Positions 47,279-56,257 are shown, counted from the stretch's first letter. The stretch: DNA of 64,000 bases from Minisyncoccota bacterium (GCA_031291955.1 JARLIA010000005.1:9214-73213); one strand, 5' to 3'. Notes: generated by a model from the letters alone, not told the origin. Made by a program: numbers and translations.

Positions 47279-48211
47279 ATGCTTCCTTCGAGATGGGACT
47301 ATTCTTTTATGAGTAAAAGTAAGCTTTTTATTGTATGTTCTGTTTTGCTTGTCATTTTAGTCGGGGTTGTTTTCTGTTTTTCCAATTCTTACTCCAAGGT
47401 GATTTTTCCGGCCACGAAAAATATTTCTCAAAATGTCGAACAGCCGGCAGTGTCGAAAGCGGTCGAAAATATTACTAAGCGGGCTGATTTGAAAAATAAT
47501 AATCAAGGTAATGAAAATAACAGTCCAGTCGGGAAAGCTGATGTCGCCGTCAACAATTTTCCGGCGGAGATAAAAATCAACGTGCCCTTCACTTCTCAAG
47601 CGCCACTCGGTGTTTGGGATCAATATCACGAAGAGGCTTGCGAAGAGACAACCCTAGTCATGCTGGAATATTATTTGAAGCATAAACCGCTCACACCCAA
47701 AATTGCCGAGGATCAGATCCAAAAGATGATTGCGTTTGAAATAAAAAATTACGGCGATTACAAAGACACGAATGCCGAACAAACGGTTAATTTATTCAAC
47801 GCTTTTTATGGTCCGTTGCCAGCCCGCAACGCTTCGCCAGCCCGCGTGACTCGCGTCGGCGTGTCTGGCGGGCGTAGCGATGCGGGCGGGCCGAGTGGAA
47901 AAAAGTTGGCGGTGATTTATAATTTTTCCAAACAAGAGATCAAGAACTGGCTGGCCAAGGGCAATCCAGTCATCGTGCCGGCGGCCGGCCGGGAACTTGC
48001 CAATCCATATTTCACGCCGCCCGGCCCGCTTTATCATAACTTGGTTCTTATCGGTTATGACGGCGATAAAATCATTACCAATGATCCAGGCACCAAGCAC
48101 GGTGCCGGATATACATACGACATCGGAGCTTTATATAATGCTATTCATGATTTTCCCGGAAAACCGGAAGATATCGACCAGGGGAGAAAAGCCATGATTG
48201 TGGTGGAATAA
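47279..48211 (+). CDS. C39-like (BtrH/peptidase_C39_2) cysteine-peptidase-domain protein carrying an in-frame GC-rich palindromic element
   Basis: VPFTSQAPLGVWDQYHEEACEETTLVM...HNLVLIGYDGDKIITNDPG. The segment LPARNASPARVTRVGVSGGRSDAGGPSG is encoded by the element. Confidence 0.6.
   Translation: MLPSRWDYSFMSKSKLFIVCSVLLVILVGVVFCFSNSYSKVIFPATKNISQNVEQPAVSKAVENITKRADLKNNNQGNENNSPVGKADVAVNNFPAEIKINVPFTSQAPLGVWDQYHEEACEETTLVMLEYYLKHKPLTPKIAEDQIQKMIAFEIKNYGDYKDTNAEQTVNLFNAFYGPLPARNASPARVTRVGVSGGRSDAGGPSGKKLAVIYNFSKQEIKNWLAKGNPVIVPAAGRELANPYFTPPGPLYHNLVLIGYDGDKIITNDPGTKHGAGYTYDIGALYNAIHDFPGKPEDIDQGRKAMIVVE
47815..47893. repeat. GC-rich palindromic element, copy 2 (longer interior), in-frame in a CDS
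   Basis: Same arms as copy 1 (cccgcaacgcttcgc ... gcgtagcgatgcgggcggg). The local GC content is far above the surrounding sequence. Confidence 0.6.
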
Positions 48212-48288
48212 TTATTTGGTGAAAAAAATAGGCTGATTGTTATTTTTGATATATAATCTAGAAGGAAATAAAAAAGGTCGGCTTCATT

Positions 48289-51200
48289 ATGACAAAAATA
48301 AAAAACGGAATCTTGCCAAAGTTGTTCATAAAAACATTTGTTTTCAGTGTGTTTGGCGCACTGACTTTTTTTAGTGGTTCGTCTTTTGCGAATGCGGGAT
48401 CGGTGCCTGGAGCAGTTATGGACCACATGACCGTCCGCTACAACAATTCTCCGACCGTTAGTCTTAACTCCGGCGACACCAAGACCATTTCCATCAATGC
48501 CGATGATTCTTCCGGCAACACATTTATTTCATACACTGGCGACCAATCCATCACTCTTTCCGGCGCTTCCGCTACTGAGAGTAATCATCCGACCTGCACG
48601 GACAAAGACGGCAACCCAGTTGCTTTCGGCACCGCCATGACGCTCAACTTTGTGAACGGCGTGGCTACTTGCGACATGACCCTCTATAAGGCCGAGATGG
48701 CCCATATTAATGCTACCGACGGGACTTACAGTTCCAGCGGCGACAGCTCCTACGGACTGGATGCGACGATAAGCAGTATGGATCATCTGACGGTCCGCTA
48801 TGGCAATTCTTCGTCTATAACGGGTGATATGTGGACGACTAATCTTGATGACAAAACGGTCTCCAAAGTAACTCCGAACGGAACAGCTACTACCTACGAC
48901 GGGACAGGAAGCTATCCCAGTAGTATTGCTTTTGACGGAACCAATATGTGGGTAGCTAATGCTTTTGGCAATTCTGTGACTGAAATTGCTCCGGACGGAA
49001 CCATGGCCACCTATGCCGGTACAGGCAGAGGGCCTAATGGTATTGCTTTTGACGGGACGAATATGTGGACAGCTAATGATAATAATTCAGTCACTAAAAT
49101 TGCTCCGGACGGAACCATGACCACCTATACTGGGACGGGAGGAGAGCCTTTTGGTATCGCTTTTGACGGGACGAACATGTGGACATCTAATGATGACAGT
49201 TCGGTCACTAAGGTCGCCCCGGACGGAACCATGACCACCTATGACGGTACCGGGGTTGATCCTTATGTCATTGCTTTTGACGGGACCAACATGTGGACGG
49301 CTAATTACAGCGACAATTCCGTTACTAAGGTCGCCCCGGACGGAACCATGACCACCTACACCGGGACAGGGAGTAATCCTGGTGGCATTGCTTTTGACGG
49401 AACCAACATGTGGACAGCTAATTCTAGCGACAATTCTGTTACCGAGATTGCTCCGGATGGAACCATGACTACCTACACCGGGACAGGGAATAATCCGGTT
49501 AGTATCGCTTTTGACGGGACCAGTATGTGGACAGCCAACATGGGCGACAATTCTGTCACCAAGGTTGTCCCGGATGGAGCAATGGCTACTTATGACGGGA
49601 CAGGAACGGAGGGAAGTAGGACTTACGCTATCGCTTTTGATGGTTTCACGTTGCCATACGATGGACATGGCGCAAGCCATCAATCTTCAACCGTCACCAT
49701 GAATTCCGGCGACACCAAGACCATTTCCATTAACGCCGATGATTCTTTCGGCAACACATTTACTTCATACTCCGGTGACAAGAGCGTTACTCTTTCCGGC
49801 GCTTCCGCTGCTGGTAGCAATCATCCGACCTGCACCGACAAGGATGGCAATCCTGTTGCTTTCGGCACTGCCATGACTTTGAATTTTGTGAGCGGCGTGG
49901 CTACTTGCGACATGACCCTCTATAAGCCAGAGACGGCGCACATTGACGCTACCGACGGGACTTACAGTTCCAGTGGCGACAGTTCGTATGGGCTGGATGC
50001 GACGGTGGATGGAAGCGAAACCCCGCCAGACACTCCAACTCCGCCAGATACTCCAATCCCTCCAAATTCAGAGGATGTTTGTTCGGAGGGGGAGTCTCAT
50101 CATCTTGACTTGTCTGATAGCGGCAAAAAAAACAGGCTGACTTTCAGTGCGCGCATATCTTCCGGTGATTCGGAAACATCGGACAGCATTTCATCCGGAA
50201 AAGACCAGAATACTCGTCTATACAAAGCGGAAGTGAAAGCAGACGGAAATTCGGAAATTTGCGGATCATTCACGGTGAATAAAATCAATAATCTGCCTGC
50301 CAGAATAAAATTGCCCAAGGAATATTCCCAGTGCAGTGTTTATCGTTATCTCGATATTCAATCAAAAAATGATTTTGACAACAGTGATGTCGACAAGGCC
50401 ACGCTTTGGTTCCGCATCAATAGTAAATGGGAATTAGACAATAATATAGCCAACCCAGTGCTTGTTCAAAGCGATGCTCATGACAACAAAATACTGAATT
50501 TCAAAAAAGACAAGAAATATTCAAATGGTTATATCTACAAAGCTGACTCGTCCAAGCTTTTTGGTCATTGGACGATCTTAGGTTGTCCTGCTTCGAAGAA
50601 AATTATTCCTCCGGTTGTTACGCCGGCCAAACTGGAAAACCCGCCAACAACTCATTTCAACCGCGACAATTCGTCCGTTCCGGTTGTGACCAGCGGTGTC
50701 CTGCCGGAAAGTTCAAATACTCCCGAAAAGGCGTTGGAAAAAACAACATCAACTCCCGCGCCGGACAGAGGATCTATCCTTGGCGTCTGGGCGTCCAATT
50801 TGGTCTCTAAAAATTTCCCTGCAGTCAAATCTATCCCGGCCGCTTTCATGCTGATAAGTTTCATCCAGTTTTTGGCGCTTCTCAATAATGCCAAAGATCT
50901 GCCGGTCATGATGCGTCAATCTTTTCCTTGGATTTTCGGCATCATCGGCAAGAGAAAGAAGGAACGGATGGATTGGGGGATTGTCTACGATGTTGACACC
51001 GGAAAACCTCTCTCGCTGTCGACTGTGCGGATCGTGGATGAGAAGAGCGGTCGCGTCAAAGAAACTAAGGTGACGGACAAATACGGAGCCTACTATTTCC
51101 TGGTTCCCGCGGGCGACTACCATCTTGATCTGGAAAAGAAAGCCTACGCGCCGTTCCAGATTGCAAGCCTTTCAGCGATTCCCGCGTTTTATTCGCCAGT

Positions 51201-51705
51201 CTTCAATTACGCGCCTTTCTCATTTCAGGAAGATGAAAAGGTGGATTTCTTTCTCTCAATGCGGAAAGACAAGCCGTCGTGGACAAATTTCCTGAATCGA
51301 TCCTGGCTGACTGGCTTTTTCAGGCTAATCTTCTGGCTTGGCTTCTTCCTGGACATCTTCATTACCATTATCGCGCCCACGCCGCTCAATATTCTTCTGC
51401 TGCTTGTCTATATCTATCTAGGTTTCCTCCGGAACATGTTCTTGGATGGCCTGAAATGGGGACGCGTTATCAACAACGACGGGACTAGCCAGCCTTTTTC
51501 CACTATCAAGCTGATGAAGAACGGCGAATTGGTCACCCGAGCCGTTTCTGACGAGAAGGGTCGTTATTTCCTGGTGGCCAATCCCGGCAATTACACTTTG
51601 GAAATCACCACTCCGACCAGCACCAGCGGTCAAGTGCTCTCCGGCAGAAGAAGCGTCTCGCTGAGGCGAAGAGCTTCAATTAAGGAAATCGTGATAGTGA
51701 AGTGA
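48289..51705 (+). CDS. giant secreted/membrane protein: duplicated Ig-like module, 9-bladed NHL/YVTN-type beta-propeller, PT-rich linker, C-terminal TM segments and carboxypeptidase-regulatory-like domains
   Basis: Nine repeats of NSVTK(I/V)APDGTMTTYTGTG..P.GIAFDGTNMWTAN. A ~110-aa module is duplicated at 48430-48770 and 49690-50010. Linker PPDTPTPPDTPIPP. Confidence 0.8.
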   Translation: MTKIKNGILPKLFIKTFVFSVFGALTFFSGSSFANAGSVPGAVMDHMTVRYNNSPTVSLNSGDTKTISINADDSSGNTFISYTGDQSITLSGASATESNHPTCTDKDGNPVAFGTAMTLNFVNGVATCDMTLYKAEMAHINATDGTYSSSGDSSYGLDATISSMDHLTVRYGNSSSITGDMWTTNLDDKTVSKVTPNGTATTYDGTGSYPSSIAFDGTNMWVANAFGNSVTEIAPDGTMATYAGTGRGPNGIAFDGTNMWTANDNNSVTKIAPDGTMTTYTGTGGEPFGIAFDGTNMWTSNDDSSVTKVAPDGTMTTYDGTGVDPYVIAFDGTNMWTANYSDNSVTKVAPDGTMTTYTGTGSNPGGIAFDGTNMWTANSSDNSVTEIAPDGTMTTYTGTGNNPVSIAFDGTSMWTANMGDNSVTKVVPDGAMATYDGTGTEGSRTYAIAFDGFTLPYDGHGASHQSSTVTMNSGDTKTISINADDSFGNTFTSYSGDKSVTLSGASAAGSNHPTCTDKDGNPVAFGTAMTLNFVSGVATCDMTLYKPETAHIDATDGTYSSSGDSSYGLDATVDGSETPPDTPTPPDTPIPPNSEDVCSEGESHHLDLSDSGKKNRLTFSARISSGDSETSDSISSGKDQNTRLYKAEVKADGNSEICGSFTVNKINNLPARIKLPKEYSQCSVYRYLDIQSKNDFDNSDVDKATLWFRINSKWELDNNIANPVLVQSDAHDNKILNFKKDKKYSNGYIYKADSSKLFGHWTILGCPASKKIIPPVVTPAKLENPPTTHFNRDNSSVPVVTSGVLPESSNTPEKALEKTTSTPAPDRGSILGVWASNLVSKNFPAVKSIPAAFMLISFIQFLALLNNAKDLPVMMRQSFPWIFGIIGKRKKERMDWGIVYDVDTGKPLSLSTVRIVDEKSGRVKETKVTDKYGAYYFLVPAGDYHLDLEKKAYAPFQIASLSAIPAFYSPVFNYAPFSFQEDEKVDFFLSMRKDKPSWTNFLNRSWLTGFFRLIFWLGFFLDIFITIIAPTPLNILLLLVYIYLGFLRNMFLDGLKWGRVINNDGTSQPFSTIKLMKNGELVTRAVSDEKGRYFLVANPGNYTLEITTPTSTSGQVLSGRRSVSLRRRASIKEIVIVK

Positions 51706-51772
51706 CGGCTTTGCGGGGATAGCACTTGTGGTATAATAGAAGCGTAAAAACAAAAAGAAAGGCAGGTGAATT

Positions 51773-51949
51773 ATGCATAAAATAAAATCGGGCGAGTGGC
51801 TCATCTGGCTTTCAGTGCTGGCGGTAGTTTTGGCTGCAATTGACTTTATGACCAAGGGGAATATTCTGAATCTGGCCGGAACCCAGTGGATTTTGATTGC
51901 CATTGTTTTGGGAATTTATAGCCTGTATCTCAAAGATAAAGTCGTTTAA
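51773..51949 (+). CDS. small 2-TM membrane protein (58 aa), not present in the supplied ORF track
   Basis: MHKIKSGEWLIWLSVLAVVLAAIDFMTKGN.... aggtg lies 6 nt upstream, and the extended -10 element tgtggtataat is at 51727-51737. Confidence 0.35.
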   Translation: MHKIKSGEWLIWLSVLAVVLAAIDFMTKGNILNLAGTQWILIAIVLGIYSLYLKDKVV

Positions 51950-51964
51950 TTTTTTCCGGAACAC

Positions 51965-52456
51965 ATGAAGATAGAGAAAAAATTGTACGTTATCGTTCAC
52001 AATGTTAGGAGCGCTCATAACGTTGGCGCTATTTTTCGGACAGCGGATGGGCTGGGCGTTGAAGGGATGTATCTGACCGGATACACCCCGGCACCTTACC
52101 GCGAAAACGAAGCGCCGTATTCAACTGACGCGCAAAAAAGAATGAGCAAGACCGCTTTGGGGGCGGAGAAGTTCGTGCCCTGGGAAAAGAGAGTGGATAT
52201 TTTTTCTTTGATTTCTGATTTGAAAAAACAAGGTTTTCAAATTATTTCTCTCGAGCTGGCGCCGGAAAGCGTGGACATTCGAAAATTCCAGCCGGATTTC
52301 CAGTGTGCCTTGATTGTTGGCACAGAAACGACCGGAATAGACAATGCTATTTTAGCCGCTTCGGACGCGGTCGTATCCATTCCCATGCGCGGCCGAAAAG
52401 AATCTTTCAATGTGTCGGTGGCGGCGGGAATTGCGATGTATGAAATTTTGAAATAG
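51965..52456 (+). CDS. SpoU/TrmH-family RNA 2'-O-methyltransferase (SPOUT)
   Basis: YVIVHNVRSAHNVGAIFRTADGLGV and ALIVGTETTGI...VSIPMRG...SFNVSVAAGIAMYE are SPOUT motifs. Confidence 0.85.
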   Translation: MKIEKKLYVIVHNVRSAHNVGAIFRTADGLGVEGMYLTGYTPAPYRENEAPYSTDAQKRMSKTALGAEKFVPWEKRVDIFSLISDLKKQGFQIISLELAPESVDIRKFQPDFQCALIVGTETTGIDNAILAASDAVVSIPMRGRKESFNVSVAAGIAMYEILK

Positions 52457-52507
52457 TTTTTTTAGTTGTTTTATTGCTAGTGTATTTGTGGGCGATAATT
52501 ATAATTT

Positions 52508-53224
52508 ATGGCCAATATAAAAAACAAACTCGCCGTCTTTGATATCGACGGAACAATTTTTAGAAAAAACCTGGCCTTTGAGCTGATCAACGAGCTGGCC
52601 TGGATGAAAATTTTTCGGCGCGATGTGCGGGACGAACTGGTCCGGCACTACACCCGTTGGCTGGATCATAAGGGCACTTACGAAGAATATCGTCAGGCGC
52701 TTGTTTTGCTTTATCGAGAAAACTTGAAAGGTTGTCGCAAGCAGGATATTCTCAAGGCTTGTCGGGTGGTGATGCCGTTTTTCAAAGACCGGACGTATGT
52801 TTTTGCCGATCAGCTGATCGCGGAACTCAAGAAGAAAAAATATCACATCATTGCTATTTCTGGCTCGCCGTCTGAGATTGTCGAGGAATACAACAAATAT
52901 CTGAAATTTGACGCGGTTTACGGTTCAATCTATGAAACTGACGACGAAGATATTTACACCGGCGCGGAAGCTTTTGTGCCGACCGCCCACAAAGGTCATG
53001 TGGTAAGGCAATATGCCACCGAAAAGAAGTTGTCGCTCGAAGATTCTTACGGCGTGGGCGACACCGAATCGGACGCCAAATTCTTGGAAATTGTCGACCA
53101 CCCGATTGCCTTCAATCCAAATCTTAATTTGCAAAAAATTGCCAAAAAGGCTGATTGGCGGATCGTGGTGGAACGGAAAGATGTGATCTACGAAATTGAT
53201 AATGGAGTAAAAATAATCGAATAA
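52508..53224 (+). CDS. HAD-IB family hydrolase (phosphoserine-phosphatase-like)
   Basis: Motif I LAVFDIDGTIF, motif II IISGS, a conserved K, and the motif III GVGDTESD. Confidence 0.8.
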   Translation: MANIKNKLAVFDIDGTIFRKNLAFELINELAWMKIFRRDVRDELVRHYTRWLDHKGTYEEYRQALVLLYRENLKGCRKQDILKACRVVMPFFKDRTYVFADQLIAELKKKKYHIIAISGSPSEIVEEYNKYLKFDAVYGSIYETDDEDIYTGAEAFVPTAHKGHVVRQYATEKKLSLEDSYGVGDTESDAKFLEIVDHPIAFNPNLNLQKIAKKADWRIVVERKDVIYEIDNGVKIIE

Positions 53225-53228
53225 AATT

Positions 53229-53423
53229 ATGCTGACCGCTTACGTAATTTTGGGAGTCATCGCTTTTATTTTCCTGTTTTTGATTTATCTTGTTCTGGAT
53301 TTCGTTACCGTTAAAGGTGGTGCTAACGCTTTTTGGGATAAATGGGTTAAAAAAACTCTTTGGATCTGGCTACCTTTTTACGCCTTGCAAAGATTGATAA
53401 GACAGGTAATCCTGAAGAAGTAG
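53229..53423 (+). CDS. hypothetical small membrane protein
   Basis: 64-aa ORF with one TM helix. Confidence 0.3.
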   Translation: MLTAYVILGVIAFIFLFLIYLVLDFVTVKGGANAFWDKWVKKTLWIWLPFYALQRLIRQVILKK

Positions 53424-53455
53424 AGGCAGTATCTCGTCTCTACGAAAATCAAAAA

Positions 53456-53482
53456 CCACCCCATTTTCAGGGGTGGTTTTTT
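53456..53482. terminator. bidirectional intrinsic terminator
   Basis: Hairpin ccaccccattttcaggggtgg, flanked by an A-run and a T-run. Confidence 0.6.
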
Positions 53483-53496
53483 ATCAAGAAAATAAA

Positions 53497-53841
53497 CTAT
53501 TTCACGTTCTCGATGAATTTGGCAAAAACTTGTGGGTTTTCGACGGCCATTTGAGAGAGTACTTTGCGGTCCACCTCAATCTTCTTGTCGGTCATCAGGT
53601 GAACGAGCTGGCTATATTTCATTCCCAGCTCTCTGACGGCGATGTTGAGGCGGGTGATCCAGAGACGCCGGGTGGTTCTTTTTTTGGTCCGGCGGTCGCG
53701 ATAAGCGTAGGTGCCAGCCTTAATTACCGCTTGTTTAGCGGCTCGGTAGGTCTTACTTCTTCTCCAGCGATAACCTTTGGCGTCGGCGAGGAGATTCTTT
53801 CTTCTTTTTGAGGCGGCCAGGCCGCGTTTTACTCTAGTCAT
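53497..53841 (-). CDS. rplT: 50S ribosomal protein L20
   Basis: MTRVKRGLAASKRRKNLLADAKGYRWRRSKTYRAAKQAV.... Confidence 0.95.
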   Translation of the reverse strand: MTRVKRGLAASKRRKNLLADAKGYRWRRSKTYRAAKQAVIKAGTYAYRDRRTKKRTTRRLWITRLNIAVRELGMKYSQLVHLMTDKKIEVDRKVLSQMAVENPQVFAKFIENVK

Positions 53842-53936
53842 TTTAACATTTTAACATTTTAACATATTAACAAAAGAAAATTAGCATTATAGAACGTTAA
53901 CGTTGTTGAAATGCTAATATGTTAATATGTTGAAAT
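53842..53936. repeat. AT-rich TTAACAT/ATGTTAA palindromic element, copy b (between rpmI and rplT)
   Basis: cattttaacattttaacatattaaca...tgctaatatgttaatatgttgaaatg. Its minus-sense end runs straight into the rplT ATG. Confidence 0.55.
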
Positions 53937-53942
53937 GATCTT

Positions 53943-54134
53943 TTAGTGTAATGCTTTCAGGACATTTTTTTCGTCTGTTCGGAACAATCTCTGATCGCTT
54001 TTCTTGTCCCGGCCGACTTTCCCGTTTTCTTTGGAATTATAGTGGTTCTGGCCGGTCGATCGCCGGAGAACTTTCTTGCCTTTGGTAACCTTTATCTTTT
54101 TCACCAAAGCCTTCTTGGTTTTCATTTTAGGCAT
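53943..54134 (-). CDS. rpmI: 50S ribosomal protein L35
   Basis: MPKMKTKKALVKKIKVTKGKKVLRRSTGQNHYNSKE.... Confidence 0.9.
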   Translation of the reverse strand: MPKMKTKKALVKKIKVTKGKKVLRRSTGQNHYNSKENGKVGRDKKSDQRLFRTDEKNVLKALH

Positions 54135-54150
54135 AAATTTTTTATAAATA

Positions 54151-54693
54151 TTATTGCGGGGTGATTATTACGTTAAATCCGCCGGGGAATCTTTTGAGTT
54201 CCTGTTCAACTTTGTTGGGAACAGAAATGGAGCGCATAAAATCAGTTAGATTTTTTCGAGCCAAATCTTGGTGGGCTTTTTCCCGGCCACGGAGATGAAT
54301 TTCTATTTTAACTTTGTTGCCTTTAGCTAAGAATTTTTCGGCCTGGTTCTTCTTGAATTCCAAGTCGTGCTCGTCAGTCCGGACGCCCAGGCGGATGCCT
54401 TTGATCTCGGATTTTTTCTGTTTGGATTTGTTCTGGCGGTCTTCCCTGGATTTCTGATATTGATATTTGCCGAAATCCATGATTTTGCAGACCGGTGGGA
54501 CGGCTTTCGGGGCGATCTCAACCAGATCGGCGCCGCGCTCTTTGGCAAGAATGATCGCTTGAGGCACACTCATGACGCCCAGCTGTTCGCCGTCTTCGCC
54601 AATAATCCGGGCTTCTTTGGCCCAGATATGTTCATTTATTCTAGTTCGCAGCTCTTTCTTCTTGGGAAGCGGCCGGCGGTATGTTCTTCTTAT
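54151..54693 (-). CDS. infC: translation initiation factor IF-3, with a non-AUG start
   Basis: The track ORF starts at the Met of GVMSVPQAII, but the frame stays open upstream and encodes ...RRTYRRPLPKKELRTRINEHIWAKEARIIGEDGEQLGV, which is the conserved IF-3 N-domain. The start is most likely AUA (54691-54693) or AUU (54637-54639), as is usual for infC. Confidence 0.85.
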   Translation of the reverse strand: MRRTYRRPLPKKKELRTRINEHIWAKEARIIGEDGEQLGVMSVPQAIILAKERGADLVEIAPKAVPPVCKIMDFGKYQYQKSREDRQNKSKQKKSEIKGIRLGVRTDEHDLEFKKNQAEKFLAKGNKVKIEIHLRGREKAHQDLARKNLTDFMRSISVPNKVEQELKRFPGGFNVIITPQ

Positions 54694-54714
54694 GGGTGTA
54701 TATTACTGATTATG

Positions 54715-55104
54715 TGGAGATGGCGAGAATCGAACTCGCGTCCAAAATCATTCTAAAAAAATAATCTACAAGCTTAGCCTGTTTGGTAGTTTTGGCTGAG
54801 GATAGAAACAGACAAAATTACCTCAACCTATTCTCGAATTAATTTTACTAAAATTGCTCGAAAAAGACAATCCCAGCTAGCCCTATATTTGGCACCAGGG
54901 TCTGTCTATGGGGCGTCGACAGTCTGATGGCTAAAGCGATTAAGCTAAAGCGTAAGCGTAAGACGGAGCAAACGCCGAAGCGATCGCGGTCTTAGCTTTG
55001 GTTATAAAGTTTGCATTTATAACGTTTGATAGTGGATTAACGAGACAGCATCTTGCTCGGCTTGCCTATTTTAAAAGTACGATCTGTCGAAACCAAACAT
55101 CCCC
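54715..55104 (-). ncRNA. ssrA: tmRNA (transfer-messenger RNA)
   Basis: The 5' end GGGGAUGUUUGGUUUCGACAGAUCG matches the tmRNA consensus GGGGCUGAUUCUGGAUUCGAC. The 3' tRNA-like domain is GCGAG-UUCGAUU-CUCGC-CAUCUCC-A. The acceptor stem is GGGGAUG/CAUCUCC with a G3-U wobble. The tag ORF resumes at GCA AAC and ends ...SYAYALA-UAA. Confidence 0.8.
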
Positions 55105-55112
55105 TGATTCGG

Positions 55113-55559
55113 TTAGAAATTTTTCAGCGCTCTTCGCATTCCTCGCTCGTCCTCTCTCTTTTTGATTTTCTCGCGCTTGTCGAACTTCTTTTTTCCCTTT
55201 CCTAAGCCAAATTCAAGTTTGATGAGTCGTCTTTTAGTATACATCTGAACCGGCACTAATGTCAAGCCTTCCGTGCGGGCCTGGCCGATGAGTCTTTTGA
55301 GCTCCAACCGGCGGACTAGGAGTTTTCGCGGCCGGGCCGGATCGTAGCTAGGAACTTTCCCGGCGTGTTTATAAAGTGGGATATGGGCATTGGTTAGATA
55401 CAATTCGTTACCATGGATTGTAACAAAAGCTTCTTTCAAGCTCACATGCCCGGCTTTGACTGATTTGACCTCGTGTCCAAGAAGCGCCAAACCGGCCTCG
55501 TATTTCTCGAGGATCTCATAGTCGAAATGGGCGCGTTTATTAATGGCGAGAGTTGGCAT
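55113..55559 (-). CDS. smpB: SsrA-binding protein SmpB
   Basis: MPTLAINKRAHFDYEILEKYEAGLALLGHEVKSVK.... Its stop lies 8 nt upstream of the tmRNA 5' end. Confidence 0.9.
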   Translation of the reverse strand: MPTLAINKRAHFDYEILEKYEAGLALLGHEVKSVKAGHVSLKEAFVTIHGNELYLTNAHIPLYKHAGKVPSYDPARPRKLLVRRLELKRLIGQARTEGLTLVPVQMYTKRRLIKLEFGLGKGKKKFDKREKIKKREDERGMRRALKNF

Positions 55560-55682
55560 ATCTGAAGTCTATCAATATATTTTTAATAAAGCAATGAAGC
55601 CCATCATGGCTTTTCGCGGTTTGTAGACATAAAACAACTCCCTCGGAGAAGGGAATCTGTTTTAAGATTTTTATAAAACCAA

Positions 55683-55940
55683 TTATCCTCTCAAGTAGCC
55701 GGTTCGGCCCGTAAACAGCCCGACGATGAGCACCAGAATGATGGCGCCGATGGCCGCCACAATGATTGTTCCAATGATGCCATATCCGGCTCCAAGCCCG
55801 GAAAAAATCCAGCCACCAATAAAAGCACCGATGATGCCGACAATTATGTCGCCCAAGATGCCAAAGCCGGTTCCTCGCACCACCACTCCGGCCAGCCAGC
55901 CGGCGATGAGTCCCACGATAATTAAAGTCAGAATGCTCAT
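55683..55940 (-). CDS. GlsB/YeaQ/YmgE-family small membrane protein
   Basis: 85 aa, glycine-zipper membrane helices (GLIAGWLAG...GAFIGGWIF). Confidence 0.7.
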   Translation of the reverse strand: MSILTLIIVGLIAGWLAGVVVRGTGFGILGDIIVGIIGAFIGGWIFSGLGAGYGIIGTIIVAAIGAIILVLIVGLFTGRTGYLRG

Positions 55941-55954
55941 TTTTTTACGTTTAT

Positions 55955-56188
55955 CTAATTATGGTCATATAGCTCAATCTTTCTCTCCTTACTCACGGCG
56001 CAACCGATGATTAGGCCAATGACTGCGCCAATCCCGGCCGCCATCAAGGCCGCTTTCTTGGGATTTTCGCTGATATATTTTTCTGCCTTTTCCCGTTTCT
56101 CAGCGGCTGTTTGTTTGAGCTCGGCATATTTATCTTTGGCTTTTTCTTTGGCCGCGTTCATATTTTCTTGCAAGTTTTCCTTGTCCAT
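55955..56188 (-). CDS. DUF883/ElaB-like membrane-anchored protein
   Basis: 77 aa. Charged helical N-terminus, then the C-terminal TM segment AALMAAGIGAVIGLIIGCAV. Confidence 0.5.
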   Translation of the reverse strand: MDKENLQENMNAAKEKAKDKYAELKQTAAEKREKAEKYISENPKKAALMAAGIGAVIGLIIGCAVSKERKIELYDHN

Positions 56189-56257
56189 ATAATTTTTTTT
56201 CTTATACCATTGCTATTAGTAGTCATCAGACCAGGTTTTTATTTCATCCGAAAAATA

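Noticed and set aside
54367-54756. Plus-strand 129-aa ORF from the six-frame track.
   Set aside because: It lies antisense to infC and overlaps the tmRNA 3' end, so it is spurious.
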